Assembly: GCA_025201805.1 (NCBI GenBank) | Contig: MU619286.1 | Location: 46,798 to 110,797 of the forward strand | Source: Parasitella parasitica NRRL 2501 | Lineage: Eukaryota; Fungi; Mucoromycota | DNA length: 64,000 bases | Reading direction: 5' to 3' | In this document: one piece after another, positions 48,517 through 62,112 of the stretch | Numbering within the stretch: position 1 is the stretch's first letter | How the letters are laid out: every line of letters starts with the position of its first letter | The notes under the pieces: model-generated | Databases searched by the model: none | Told to the model about the DNA's origin: nothing | The model's input: only the letters and a program-made list of their open reading frames with translations | Made by a program: the position numbers and the translations under genes

Positions 48517-50973
48517 GCAATCAGGATACCAAAGCATGGGCTTTCTCTGCTCAGTCCCGTGCTTTATAACCTGTACATTATATCTATGATGTCCGTATTA
48601 TTGTGCATATACACAGGTATTGATGTACAATGAATGCTCGTTAAACAGACCACGTAGTTGACAAAAATCGAGTTACTCAAGAACGCGTGTCAAGGTGGTA
48701 AGAGGCATCAGTATCATGTAGCTGTATCTTGTACAAGAAAACAAAATGCCTGTACAAAAGTATCCCAAGATTGATGTAAAATGCTGTTTACAAACGAATC
48801 TTTACTTGAGGATATACAATGTTCACATTTGTTAGTATTTCTCTTTACAGTGAGTCCCCTTACTGGAGTACACAAGTATGGTAGTATCCCAAAAAAAAAA
48901 AAAAGCGGGGCTCAGTTTTCATCCCTCGTCCAAAGATTTTCAATACCCACTTGAGGCAGTTGATGCGATAACTTGATGCAGCAGCTTGAGTATTCGAGGT
49001 ATTCGTGTGTTTTTGCTTTGTTTGTTGATCTAAGAGACAATTAGCTATCCTTTATCCGGTGTATGAACGTTGCCAGCAGCTTGCAAAAACCACACATAAA
49101 GCTAAAAGGACTCCTTCTTTTTCAACATCATACATATAAATCCTGGACTCTAAATTTGATTGTTGTTCCCCTGTTGTTCAAGATAAAACATTGTTGATGG
49201 GCCATGAGTGCTTTTGGGGACTTGCTGCTGAATAAAACTCTAAAGCACACGTGGTAATATACAAAAAAATTTCAAAATATGCTGGTTCAGTGACAACCTA
49301 TCCGAAAGACACATTACTAGCCTATCTCTATGCCATTGCCTATCGAATAGCCTAGAGCGGGAATCAATCTTAAATCGCAAGTAGGAAACCCACTTAGTGG
49401 GAGACCTCACAACTCTCTGCAGTTTTGCTTTATTAGCAAGCATGGCCCTCAAACACATTTAAAAAAGCTAAATATTCGACAATTTTCACAACATATAATC
49501 AATTCTAAACGCTATAATATGTCTTGTTATTCAGTAGTCTTTTGGTAATATTTTTATAGTCAAAGATATCGCGATACTGCAAGATGTCTATAAAGTTGAT
49601 ATGCAACCTTAAATACTTGTAGCACGTTTATTGATAAAAGGTACTTTTTTCAAATTTGTCCTTAGTAGCTCTCAAAGTTGAGAGGCCATGAAAATTAATT
49701 TGTTTTGATTAATAGTTTGATACGATCTAGAGGTCTTGGAAGAGCCAAACATCTTGAATGCGCCATTTGATGTGTTGATCTATGCGATTTTGGTGCGACA
49801 GCGTTGTTTCGTCCAAATGTTGGCAGAGGAAGGCTGCAAGATCTTGCTTACTACTATATTTTACATCAATTTCTAATATAGAGTGACAAATTCTCTTAAA
49901 GACAGCAGCTTATTTATTTCTTGTTCTCTTTGCTTTAGTTTCTTTTTTACCGCGTTTACCTGACAAAACTTTCCGTTTGTTTGACTAAATACAAATGCGA
50001 ATGATTTTTTGTTTAAAAAATACTGGAGCAAGAAAAGCTACTAGCAGAGTCAGAGTTGCGCATATCTTGCTCAAAATCGAGAGGGTAATCCAAATGATAA
50101 TATATGAGCAAAAGCTACAATAGTTTAGCCGTTTCAGATGCTCTTCTACATGCAGCTACACGTTCTTGTATATTTTTTTTTTCTAGGTTTTAATGGATCG
50201 ATCAAAGTTTAGAGCTTACAAGATTGTGTCGATTTTCTGAGACTTGAGACAAAATGTTGCAGCGCTCTCTGGAATAAAACATATTCAGCTCGCAAGCTTT
50301 GTTTAATGCAAGTGGCTTTCAATGAACTCCATAACATATATATTATTTCGACTCTTTTGCAATCTGCTGTTTCCCTAAAGTCTAGAATTGATGAAATACT
50401 ATTTGAACTCGCACATGGAGTAGATTATATATCCGATCAGTTTATTACACAAGCCATGAAAACTCACGTACCACAAATTTCTCAAACAACTAACAGAAAC
50501 TGGTTCAGACGTATTCTCTTGGTGTTTAATTGATGATATATCAGATTTGTCAATCCTGCGAAAAAAAAAAAAAAAAAGATGATTTAAGGAGTCGTCTGAT
50601 CCTACTTCTCTTTTGTTTATGTTAATAAATGCGTCCTTTTTTGAATAAGATGGTGCACCCGCATCGCGGTTGGCTTGCGGAAAACGTCTCATCAAGACAT
50701 ACTTGATGCGCTCACAAGGCGCTGCAACGATTGATCCACAACACAAAAAAGATCGGTGTTCGCATTCTGGCAAGGGCTCCGCTCATTTATTGTGTTTCCC
50801 CCTTCCCGCGAAATAGCAGCTCATTAGTTAGCTTATTAAAGACCCCCCCTCCCCACAAATCCATACAAAATAGAAACAACCAATTTTTTTTCCTTCTTTT
50901 TCTTCTTGTTTTTGTTTCTTGTTAGTGTTTCTTGCTTGTGTTTCAACAACATCAGAAAGCAAGACATTAGAAA

Positions 50974-53900
50974 ATGGCGTCCATCCTTCCTACTCATTCT
51001 GGAACTAGCGCTTTTCGGTCTATTGCCATTGTTTTTGGCAGAGGCATCCACCGTGCAGCCAAGCTATCATCTCGCAATCCTATTGAAATGATTGCTGTGA
51101 TGCTGATTTTGTCGTCTTTTAGTTATTTCTACTTGTTTAATCTGGCTCGCACATCTGACATATTCTCTGGTACTGTCACTCGTCTCTATCCAACCTTTGT
51201 TTACGCTGATAAAAATACGCACGGATTTCGACAACTTAGCCGCAACCATGTCTCTTTTGATAACCCCAAAGACGCCGTTAAAATTCAACTCAAGCAGATA
51301 TCAATCGTCGATCAGGAAAAGAACGTCATCGATCGCAACACTCTGGCAACAATTCTTCGCTTTCAGAACACAGTCGACCACACTCTGCTTGACGACCATG
51401 TTGGACAATTCGGCTACAATGCCCTGTGCTTTAAGAATGCCCAGGGAGAGTGCTTCTCTCAGTCGCTATCCAGCATCTTTGATGTGGATTCTGTCGACAC
51501 TGTTGATTTAGCAAGGTCCATCAACCAGCATCCCGAATTGGCTGCATCCATCTTTGGAGAGTTGGACCTGGATGCCTCGACAGCCTCCTCCATCCTGCTC
51601 TCATTCGCCTTTAATGCCTCCACTGACTATCGGCAACAGCTGTCGTTTGCCTGGGAACAAAAGGTTTCAACACTATCTTCAGGCGATCTTGTGTCTCTTT
51701 CCAACAATGGGCATCAAGAAGACGTATTCACCTGGGCCTTTATTATCACCAGAAATATCGTGTACCGCATCAAGGAGTTGATTGACATGGCTGACAATAT
51801 TGATATCATTGTCATTTTAGGCGGCTACATGATGATGCTGACGACTTTTGTTTCCTTGTACATGAACATGCGCTCCATGGGCTCACGATATACTCTTGCC
51901 AGTGCTGTTGTTGCCAATGGCTTCTTTTCCTTTATGTTTGCGCTTTTGACCGTGAATGCACTGGGTGTAGATGTATATCCTGTCGTGTTGGCGTAAGTCT
52001 TCTTTGTTACTATGAATATTAATCGGTTTGCTAACCCTTGTTGCAGTGAGGCCATTCCGTTCTTGGCTGTAACCATTGGTTTTGAGCGTCATTTCAAGCT
52101 TACAAAACGAGTGTTTGAGTTCAGCAAGGAAACGCCCTTAACAAAGCAAGAGATCAGAAAGACGATTGTTCGCGCAGTCGATTCTGTTGCTCTACCTATC
52201 GCTAGAGATTCCATCATGGAAATCACCGTGCTGGCTTTGGGCGCCAAATCTGGGATATCTGGTTTACGTGAATTTTGTCTGCTTAGTGCCATCTTGCTGG
52301 CCTACGATTTTGTCATTATGTTTTCATGGTACACGGCTGTGTTGGCATTGAAATTAGAGCTGCTGAGAATCCGCGAAATTAACGGAACAAACAAAAAGTC
52401 GGTGCAAACCACTGGCACTGGTTACATCCGTAGCACGGTCGTCAAGGCATTCAGTGATAGTACAACGACAAACAACAAGCCTAACATCAAGACTGATGAG
52501 CCTATCATTGGCAGGGTTAAGCTGCTTATGGTACGTATATTTATATATGTAACTTGTTTGTTGTTTACATAGACTAAACAAGTTTTTGGGCAGATTGTTG
52601 GCTTTGTAGCGATGCAGCTGTTCAAGGTTTGCACTACTTTCCAAGGATCTTCTGGTCCTCAGGTTAGTGTTGCCGAACAAGGTGTAAGTAACGTTCTTCA
52701 GAAGCTCCTTGAACAACATCGTGCATCTGATGCGAGACACTTGCCTCTGCTTGTGGAAGTGTTCCCTCCCTTGCCGTTTCATATCGCATCCTCATCTTAC
52801 AAAGCTATTGTCCCTGACAGCATTCGCCAGCCGCTGGATTACTTGCTGGAGATCTATGCTGTCTACATTCAGCACCCAGTCATTTCAAAATGGATCACTC
52901 TTGCCTTGTTTGTTTCCTTGTTCTTGAATACGTACCTTTTCAAAGTTGCTAAACAGCCCACGAAAGCTACCGCCACTACTATTACTACTGCTACTACTGC
53001 TACTGCTGCTACTACCGTTACTACCATTACGAACACTATTCCAGCCGAGAAAAAGACATTTACCCAGCAACACCATCCTATTACCAGACCCCACAAGCAT
53101 GCTGCTGCTGTGCAAGGTGTCGTGCGTACTTTGGAAGAGTGCGTGCAACTCGCTCAGACACCCGAGTCTCTGTCAGATGAAGAAGTCATTATGCTGGTCC
53201 AGCAAGGTAAAATGGCGTCGTATGCGCTAGAAAAAGCGCTGGGCGATTTAGAACGTGCTGTAACCATCCGTCGCGCGTTGGTTTCTCGGGCTTCCATTAC
53301 AAAGACACTGGAGACTAGCCTTCTACCCCTCCACAATTACCATTACGATAAAGTAATGGGTGCTTGCTGTGAGAACGTCATTGGTTATATGCCTATCCCT
53401 GTAGGTATCGCTGGCCCGCTCAACATCGACGGCGATTCTATTCATATTCCCATGGCTACTACTGAAGGCTGCTTGATTGCATCTGCCGCTAGAGGCTGCA
53501 AGGCCATCAACGCAGGCAGTGGAGCTACTACTATCATTACTGCCGATGGCATGACACGTGGCCCTTGTGTTGAGTTTCCGTCTATCGTTGGCGCTGCTGC
53601 CTGCAAGAAGTTTGTCGAAGAGGAAGGCGCTGATATCATTACTAATGCGTTCAACTCTACCTCAAGGTTTGCTCGTTTAAGAAAACTCAAGGTTGCTCTC
53701 GCTGGCAAATTAGTCTTTATTCGCTTCTCTACCACTACTGGCGACGCTATGGGTATGAATATGATCTCCAAAGGGTGTGAAAAGGCCATCAGTGTCCTTG
53801 CAAAGCATTTCCCTGAGATGCAAGTTATCTCGCTGTCTGGAAATTACTGTACTGATAAGAAGCCTGCTGCTATTAACTGGATCGAAGGTCGTGGTAAATC

Positions 53901-54435
53901 TGTTGTCGCCGAAGCCGTAATTCCTGGTGCAGTTGTTGAAAAGGTTCTCAAAACCACAGTGTCTGCATTAGTAGAACTAAACATTTCCAAAAACTTGGTC
54001 GGCTCTGCTATGGCTGGCTCTGTTGGTGGGTTTAATGCCCATGCTGCCAATATCTTGACGGCTGTTTATCTTGCTACTGGCCAAGACCCTGCTCAAAATG
54101 TAGAAAGCTCTAATTGTATTACTTTGATGAAGGCTGTCAACGATAACCAAGATCTGCACATTTCATGTAGCATGCCCAGTATTGAAGTTGGTACTATTGG
54201 CGGCGGAACCATCCTTCCTCCTCAGCAATCGATGCTTGATATGCTCGGTGTTCGCGGTCCTCATCCTACGGAACCAGGAAAGAACGCGCAAAGACTCGCT
54301 AGAATCATCTGTGCTGCTGTTATGGCTGGTGAATTATCGCTCTGTGCTGCTTTGGCTGCTGGCCACTTGGTCCAGGCTCATATGGCGCATAACCGAGCTA
54401 CTACACCAGCTCCTGGTAGCTGCATCAAATCCTAA
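50974..54435 (+). CDS. HMG1: HMG-CoA reductase (class I, sterol-sensing domain plus catalytic domain), 3 exons
   Basis: Exons 50974-51992, 52047-52530, 52594-54435. Motifs [53 protein letters not shown] and [12 protein letters not shown]. Confidence 0.98.
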
Positions 54436-54806
54436 AACATATTTATTTATTCCCGTTTTCTTTTTGCCTTTACTCTTACCCTTAATACTAGATCATTATA
54501 AATACATGAAATAAACTCTTGTGTATTAATTCCTGTTGACGTTTTCAATCCAGATTGTCTAAATGAATTGTATGCGTCAAATCATATACTAGAGCTGCCT
54601 CATGTTTTGCAAGATGAGCGGTTTATAACGAGAGTATTGAATAATGCAGTATACTCTGCATACTTGCTCAGTTTGCTTATGATGAATAAAACCTCATCAA
54701 GACTACTCCTTATCAAGCGATAAGCGCAATGTCAACACTTTTACTTGGCATTCTTTCTAGTACTTTATTACATCACAACAAGCATCATATATATTACATG
54801 GCAGGA

Positions 54807-55139
54807 TTATTCTTTATTACTATCAGATGCTGAATCTATGCAAGTCAGGTGTACCAATAGCATTTCAAGTCTCTTTTGTGTTGTTGGATGATGGAATATG
54901 TTCGTATCATCTTGGCTGAGCCACTCTAGTAATCCTGAATTCAGTAAAGTTGCTTCGTAAGATGCATCACAGTCGTCTCCCATGTATAACTCGGGATCGT
55001 CTATTGTTATCGAGGATATTGTGGCAGTTTTGAATGCTGATGTTGAAGAAGATGGCTGGCAGAATAGCGGTATCGAAGAGATTAATTCATCTGATGATTT
55101 TTGAAGAGAAAATCCTTTTGAGGATACGATACCAGACAT
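54807..55139 (-). CDS. Small hypothetical protein (~110 aa)
   Basis: Open frame MSGIVSSKGF...DSNKE with a good start context (acaaaATG) and protein-like composition. No recognisable domain. Confidence 0.4.
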   Translation of the reverse strand: MSGIVSSKGFSLQKSSDELISSIPLFCQPSSSTSAFKTATISSITIDDPELYMGDDCDASYEATLLNSGLLEWLSQDDTNIFHHPTTQKRLEMLLVHLTCIDSASDSNKE

Positions 55140-56298
55140 TTTGTGAAAATGAAAGAGAAACAAGATGTATAAATCTGAATATTCTGTAATGTTCATTACT
55201 CATCACATTTACGACAACTGTGAACATTTTAATATCCGACTTTCTAAATACAGAAGCGGGATCGTTCTCAATTGGTCAGCTCCTATAATTTGTTGGCCGA
55301 CATAAACCCCGACTTCAAAATATGTTTTATTGGCTGAAAATGGCTAAAATAGCTTACTATAAATGGAAATTATCCGCATAACTTTTGATAGAGACATCGC
55401 GCGGTGGATGCTCAGACAGCGATGATCGTGCATGTTTTTATGAAGCCAAACAGTGTTTCGAATGTTATCTATTAGTTAATATAATATGCGGTAAGCCTAG
55501 AGTTACGTCTGATTGAACATGCATTTTTCCTAGTATAAATATCATCGTGGCTAGCAGAAATAGTAAAAGCTTCAGTAAAAGGAAGATTTTCTCACCCAAA
55601 GGGTAGATCTTTCATCAAAAATGTTGTGGATCAGTAGCCAACAACACTCCATTAAGCTAGACGTAACATACTACAGTGTTAATACGCACAGTAATTGGAT
55701 TTACTCAGCTAATTTTTGCATCACTTCCCTCAACGAAAAAGCAATATCCCAGTAGTCTATTTTTTACGATTGGTCTATTTTAGGCTTCTGTTTTCGCACG
55801 CCAGTCTGACAGCTCTGTGAATCATTGGCAATGTGGCCAGAAATGTAAGCAGACTCAATTTAATATCATCCAGTGCTTGGGCTTCGTAGCTTTATCATAG
55901 TCAGACCATAAGCAATGTTGCAAGAAAAAAGCCACTCTTCTGGACAATGATAAATGCTTTTGGAAGGATACCAACATTTCTGTTTGTAGTGTGGCAGTTT
56001 GGTTTAACTCCTCTGCTTCTTCATCCACCAGGATACCCCTTTAGCAACTGCAACTTGACTTGGCTCTTCTTTTGGTCTTGGAGAATGTTACTTGTAATTT
56101 TGAGCTAAAAACAAGCATTGCGTATTTCAGATGCTATGAATGCACAAAGGAGCCATGGACAATGCAAAATGACTTTCAAATACTGTACTGATCCCCTCTA
56201 AAGAGTCACAAAGACCTACCGATTGACGCGAATGTGTACGGTATCATTCGAGGTCGCGTATACCCTTTTTACTTTTTTTATTCTCTTTCACCATCAAA

Positions 56299-56798
56299 AT
56301 GAGTTTTTTTGCGCCAAGAACAACATCAAACAACAAAACCAATAATACAGAAAAGGCAGATTCTTTAAAGAAGAGTCAGCCCTGGGTCGAGAAATAGCAG
56401 GTATCTAGAGACTTGACAGATGCATTGAAAATTAACTGTCGCTTTATAGTCGCCCCAAGACGATGGATGACATTGCTTCACAAGAACAGGCAGTGCTCGT
56501 ATTAAAGAAGGCACTTCAATCGAATAATGTAAAGACAAAAAAACGGAGGATGACTGTATCCATATTGACACATTTGCTCTAGCTACCTCATTTGCTCTTT
56601 TATGGACCTCCAGGTACTGGTAAGACTTCTACAATTCTGGCTTTAGCAAACGAATTATACGGACCCAAGTTGATCAAAAGCCGTGTATTGGAGTTGAACG
56701 CATCAGATGAGAGAGGAATTCAAATTGTGCGTGACAAAGTCAAGAATTTCTCTCGCACTACAGTTACAAGCAAAGCAGAGTAAGTGTGTGTGTGTGTG

Positions 56799-56831
<33 letters not shown>

Positions 56832-57642
56832 ATGCGTATGCGTATGTGTATGCGTATATGTGTGTATTGAAAAGTCTAATACCATTGCAATTTTATCAGT
56901 GGATATCCCTGTCCTCCGTATAAAATTGTAATTTTGGATGAAGCAGATTCTATGACCAAAGACGCTCAATCTGCACTACGTCGTACTATGGAAACCTACT
57001 CAAAAACCACCAGATTCTGTATAGTATGCAACTATGTTAGTCGGTAAAGTACCAACAACCAAGAAATCATGTTGCTGATTGATCTAACCTTGACAAATCT
57101 ATAGTATCATAGAACCTATTACTTCTCGCTGCGCCAAGTTCAGATTCAAACCTTTACCAGTAATTGATTTAGAAGATCGTCTTAGAATGATTTGTGTGAA
57201 GGAAGGTGTAAATCTGGGGCCCAATACATTAAACACATTGATTGAAAGTTCCGCTGGTGATCTTAGAAAAGCCATTACATTTTTACAAAGTGGATACAAC
57301 CTACAGGGATCAGAGCCTATCACACCCGCTATGGTCAGTGAAATGGCTGGTATTATCCCACATAATATAATGCAAGAACTGATAGACGTATGGTCAAGCA
57401 ACGATATAATGGCGATCAATAGAAAAGTGCAAGATATGATAAACGAAGGATACTCGGGCGAAAATATTGTGAGTCAAATTCATGACGCTGTTATCAAGGA
57501 TGAAACTTTGAATACAATCCAAAAGGCTAAAATATCGCAAGTTTTGTCTGTTGTAGATATTAACCTTGTGCAAGGTGCAGACGAGCAATTGCAAGTATTA
57601 AATCTGACAGCCAACATTGCTAATATTGCTTCAAACGCCTAA
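56299..57642 (+). CDS. RFC2: Replication factor C small subunit (yeast Rfc2 / human RFC4), 5 exons, first intron GC-AG
   Basis: PWVEKY|[57 protein letters not shown] and [11 protein letters not shown]. Confidence 0.96.
56784..56865. repeat. (TG)n / TATGCG microsatellite in an RFC2 intron
   Basis: Seen directly, immediately after the GTAAGT donor. Confidence 0.9.
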
Positions 57643-57689
57643 AAAAAAGTAACTTTTTTTTTTTTTTTTGTATTAAAATAAATGTTTTA

Positions 57690-58607
57690 TTATTCAACCA
57701 TGGATTGCGTTTTCTTCTTCTTTGGGCCTCTTTTTCGTCTTGGTCTACTGGGCTCTGACTCCATCATTTCAGAATCTTTTATTATCGGCATAGGCGATAC
57801 ATTTTTATGGTGTCTAGGTCGCGGTAATGCAGGTTGCTTATGTCCAAAACAAATTGAATTTGGTATTTTTAAATTTGACAAACTTTCAGTCAAAGTATCC
57901 ATCATATCAACATCGAGCGATTTTTCTCGATGCTGATCCTTGATCTCCTTTGAGATACGTTTTTTATTCTTTTTATCTCTGACCCTTTTCTGTTCAAATG
58001 TCAATGTACCTGTGTAAACCAAGTCAAAAAGAAAGTACTTTGGATAATGGTGTTTATCGATTAGATGTAATCGACGCCCTCGAGGTGTTGAGAATACGTT
58101 TTTGCATGTTTTAACATAGCATTTATACTAGACATGTTTGCATTATTATAAAGACTCGACTAAAATAATATTGCTTACAATTTTCTCGCCTCTGTCCTTT
58201 TTTAATTGCAAAATTATGTTATGGAATTCATCTAAATGCAGCTGCAGCCAATCTTCGCCAGGGAAAATCTTGCGACAAACGGAACAAACGTTTCGGTGTG
58301 CAGCTTCATAGTGCAATTCATAGGCTAAAATGTTTGGGAACTTTAGTCTGCAAGGATCGCAGTATATCTCGACAGAAGAGAACTCGCTATGTTTATAACA
58401 GATACGTTTATGGTTAATGACACCAAAAAAGAAAGAGGCTAATACGTACGTTGTTAAATTTAATCCTTCCTCTTTGATCATATCCAACTCAAATTCTGAT
58501 TGTGCTTGCTTTTGAAGCCAAATGGCTCTGAGAGCTATATTCCCTTCATCAAAGAAAGGGTCGTTCGGTGCATATATACGTTTTTGTGGGATATAGATTG
58601 TGGACAT
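57690..58607 (-). CDS. C2H2 zinc-finger protein, ZNF511-like
   Basis: NDPFFDEG, CDPC...LHYEAAH, CSVC...LHLDEFH, YKCYVKTC...RRLHLIDKHHYPKYFLF and IPNSICFG. Confidence 0.85.
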
Positions 58608-58989
58608 TTTTAGAAAGAGATGTAGAAATAGATTAAAGCAAGCTTTTCACATTTGAAATACATGTCAACTGCAATAGTCACTTGATTTACTGACTGTGGA
58701 CATTGTGCCGTAATTACATTTCACCACGAGTTTATACCTTATAACTTCAAATTGCAGCTCTAAGATGATGCGAGTAGAAACACCCTTTCCCCCCCCCCAT
58801 TAGTTTTGTTGCAGAATCAATAAAGATAAATTGCTTAAAGTCAAGGAGAAATGATTGAACTTTGCTCCTAACCACCCCAAGGTTTTTCTCCCACAATCGC
58901 CTGAGTTATAATAACATCTGTGGTGTAGAAAACAATAGAGCGCTGAATAGATCCCCTTCCTTTTCTTTTTGATTTTACAATATACAACA

Positions 58990-60088
58990 ATGTCTACAAG
59001 ACACGCCCGAATTGCAGACAAGGAATTAAATGACAAACACACTAAAATTTTAATTCAGTTGCTACAAAATCCTGCGAATAAAACATGTGCAGATTGTAAA
59101 AAGAAAGGTAAACAAGTGATTATATTCATTAGCGGAAAAGCTAAAAAAAAATCGAGCAAAGATCCTCGATGGGCATCCTGGAATCTGGGTATATTTATTT
59201 GCATTAGATGTTCTGGGACGCATCGATCATTAGGAACACATATCAGTAAAGGTAGCATTCTGAATCAATTGCGGAAATTGGACAAGCTCCTAAGACACAA
59301 ACAAATTTTAGTTAAATCAGTCGATCTGGATACGTGGATTCCCGAGCAAATCGATAGTATGGTGAAATGGGGAAATCAACGAGCTAACATGTACGTATAC
59401 AGTAGTTATCTTTTTGGGGGGTAATTGATTTTGTGTGCTATCTGTAGTTACTGGGAAGCTGAATTAAAAGGCAGATTACCAACCGAGGATAACATGGAAA
59501 TGTGGATTCGTGCAAAATATGAACAAAGAAAATGGACAGCACTGCAGCCTGTGCCTGAACCATCAATGAATGTAAGTTATATCTGTCTTGTTGCTATGAT
59601 ATTTTACTTAAAAAGCCACTATAATAGCGAAATGATTCAGTAGCACAGAAACCAGACATCAGCAAGTCAAATCCTTCTATTAGAGAGTTCGGTCAACATT
59701 ACCAATCCTCTACCAGTAACAGTAGTTGGGAAAATAGCAACAATAGCATCGCTACTCTTGAAAGTATAACTATTCCAACTTCGTCACAGACAATTGTGAA
59801 TAAGCTCGATGTGGCCTCATTTCAAGAGCAATTATCTGGATTGTCTGTGAGAGGAGGGCAATCTTCTGGATTAATTCCAAAAGCACCTCCAGGGAGCAAC
59901 ATGTCATGGACTAGCTTTTTAACGGCTCATAAACCGGCTGATACCAATACCACGTTAGCGCAACCTTCGACAGAAAAACCTTTAATTCCTTTGGAGTAAG
60001 TTTAGTTTTTTTTTTTTCTGTGAGTGATTAAAAAAGGTACATACTAATATACAAATCTAGTGCGTTTGCAAGTTTACTCAAGCAATGA
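58990..60088 (+). CDS. ArfGAP (SMAP/Age2-like), multi-exon
   Basis: NKTCADCKKK|DPRWASWNLGIFICIRCSGTHRSLGTHISK|VKSVDLDTW...WIRAKYE. Last exon DAFASLLKQ*. Confidence 0.9.
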
Positions 60089-60499
60089 TAACTCCTGTTT
60101 ATTTTATCTAATAGAAAAATGCGAATTGTATTCTTCCCAAATTTAACAGCAAGACATTTGATATACTATAAAAAGCTATATTAATGAAAATACTCACCAC
60201 TGGTGCTGAAGTGCTTCAAATGATACCTATTGCTATGGCAACCACAGAAATATGTTCTGAAGGTGTCCAAACTATGCATTAAATTTATTACGCTAAAATA
60301 TGGAGACTGTTCTATTGCTAGTATACATTGAATTGTTGAGGTGCTCTTCTCATTCAAAACGGTATACTCTTGTCTGCTTTTTCGGCTTTCAGCAATATAC
60401 GGTTAGCAACCGAAGATTATTGCAAAAGCCAATACAACATCACTATTGTCAGCTTTTAGTTGTGCATACTGGGCAATTCTTTCGCGAATAAATCGATTG

Positions 60500-60610
60500 A
60501 ATTGATCTTGCAGTATTTGGCAAAACCAACTTCTAGTTAATTCCATTCCTTAGTTAAGGCCACCTCCAATTCCTTGACTTTTTTAATTTATATGCTTCTT
60601 TCTCCAAGTA
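60500..60610 (-). mobile_element. Possible Tc1-like transposase C-terminal relic
   Basis: Minus strand reads LEKEAYKLKK / VKELEVALTKEWN*LEVGFA, reminiscent of the Tc1 'EL..AL..EW' helix. Short and weak. Confidence 0.3.
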
Positions 60611-61079
60611 GATATCACTTAAAGCAATGGTCCAACTATAGAAAAACTAAAAGGTAATACCACCATCATCCAGACACGACGTTTTGCTTATTAGCATGTT
60701 GCAACATGATTCAGATATTGATCTCTGTTCCTGAGGGTAATGACGTATCAAATCGAATTCTTTGTCTACAAAGACAGCAGGTTATCGTCACTCGATAAAC
60801 AAGGATATACTACGAGTACTAGCTTATTAGATGCTTTAGGTAAATATAACCTCTAGCCTTTTCCAAGGGAATGTTGTTTTATTCCTCTGAAAACCTATCT
60901 CTGATTACAGTTTTATAATTTTCAACAGCATAACAACAGGCTAAATAATCATCCTTATAAAGCAAAGGGCATGTATTGATTTGTGTAATGCCAACAGAGG
61001 ATTTATACAGTATAAAAAGAAAAAGAAAAAGTGTAGATACATAGTCTTGGTTTTCTTCGATAAGTATAGAATATCTTTC

Positions 61080-62112
61080 TTATTTGTGAGACTTCACGTA
61101 TGCTTTGAATGATTGATTGTCGTATACTAGACCCGGGTTTTTCTCAGAAAGCAGTTGATACCTTCTCAAGGTTTGCATATGACGGCGCCTAGCGTTTTGA
61201 AACCAGGTTGAAACTATTTACCAGATGTTAGCACTTTTTTTGGCAGCAAGGAAAATACTCACTTTGTATAGCAGATTTATCAGTTTTCTTAGCCAACTCT
61301 TTTTTTATCTCATTGCTTGGTGCTTTGCCATTATGTTGGAAAAACCAATTCATTAAAATATTCGTTGTGTTCGAGTTATAATTTTTTCTAGTCTTCCTCT
61401 GTCTGTTGTTATCCTTTCCTTGCTCAGAGCTGTAATTCATTTCCGCAACTTCTAAACTCTCGACTGAGAACCCGCTTTCCTCTTCTTTAGAGATATCCAT
61501 TTCGGATACAAATACATCTTCGAATATAGTATCATATTTATTTAAGGATGATACATCATTTATTCTTTGCTTTGTAGGTGATGAAATGATTGTTGTACGA
61601 ATTGTGGTGGCGGCGGGGGATGAGTCTGTATTACCCGAACGACTGGCAGATGCCTCATGAAAAGAATTTGCATTTGATATTATAAAATCAAGTGGATTTT
61701 CGTCGAATATCATCTCAGATTGTGAAATAGTAGATGATGGCAAGATGTCATAAAAAGATATGCCTTTGCAAAGATTGACTGGATTAAGATCATTATCCTT
61801 CATTTCGTATGATGTCAAGTAAGCATCTCCCATCAAGTTGGAATAAGGAGAACGTACTATTTCGATACAACCATTTGCTCCAATGGTAAACGCAATATCG
61901 TTCTTTGCTTGATGCTCTTCCTGTTCCTGCCATTTCTCCATACAGATATCTTTAGGTGAGATGGTGTCAAGTGGATTTATACCCATGATATACCTTGGTG
62001 CTGCGGAAAGGTCTTGTTTGCCAGGTGGTAGTATGATGGGGCTGAACAGTTCAGAACCAAACCTCATGACTTTGGTAGTATTATTGAAATATCTGTCAGA
62101 TCTTGTTGTCAT
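61080..62112 (-). CDS. Homeodomain protein (atypical, TALE-like), 2 exons
   Basis: Intron 61262-61214. RKTRKNYNSNTTNILMNWFFQHNGKAPSNEIKKELAKKTDKSAIQ|ISTWFQNARRRH. Confidence 0.85.

Noticed and set aside
5765-54435. CarRP-like gene and HMG-CoA reductase as an isoprenoid gene cluster
   Set aside because: They are 43 kb apart and separated by many unrelated housekeeping genes.
55780-56130. Coding-looking minus-strand stretch upstream of RFC2
   Set aside because: Stops in all frames and no recognisable motif; cannot be supported as a gene or pseudogene.
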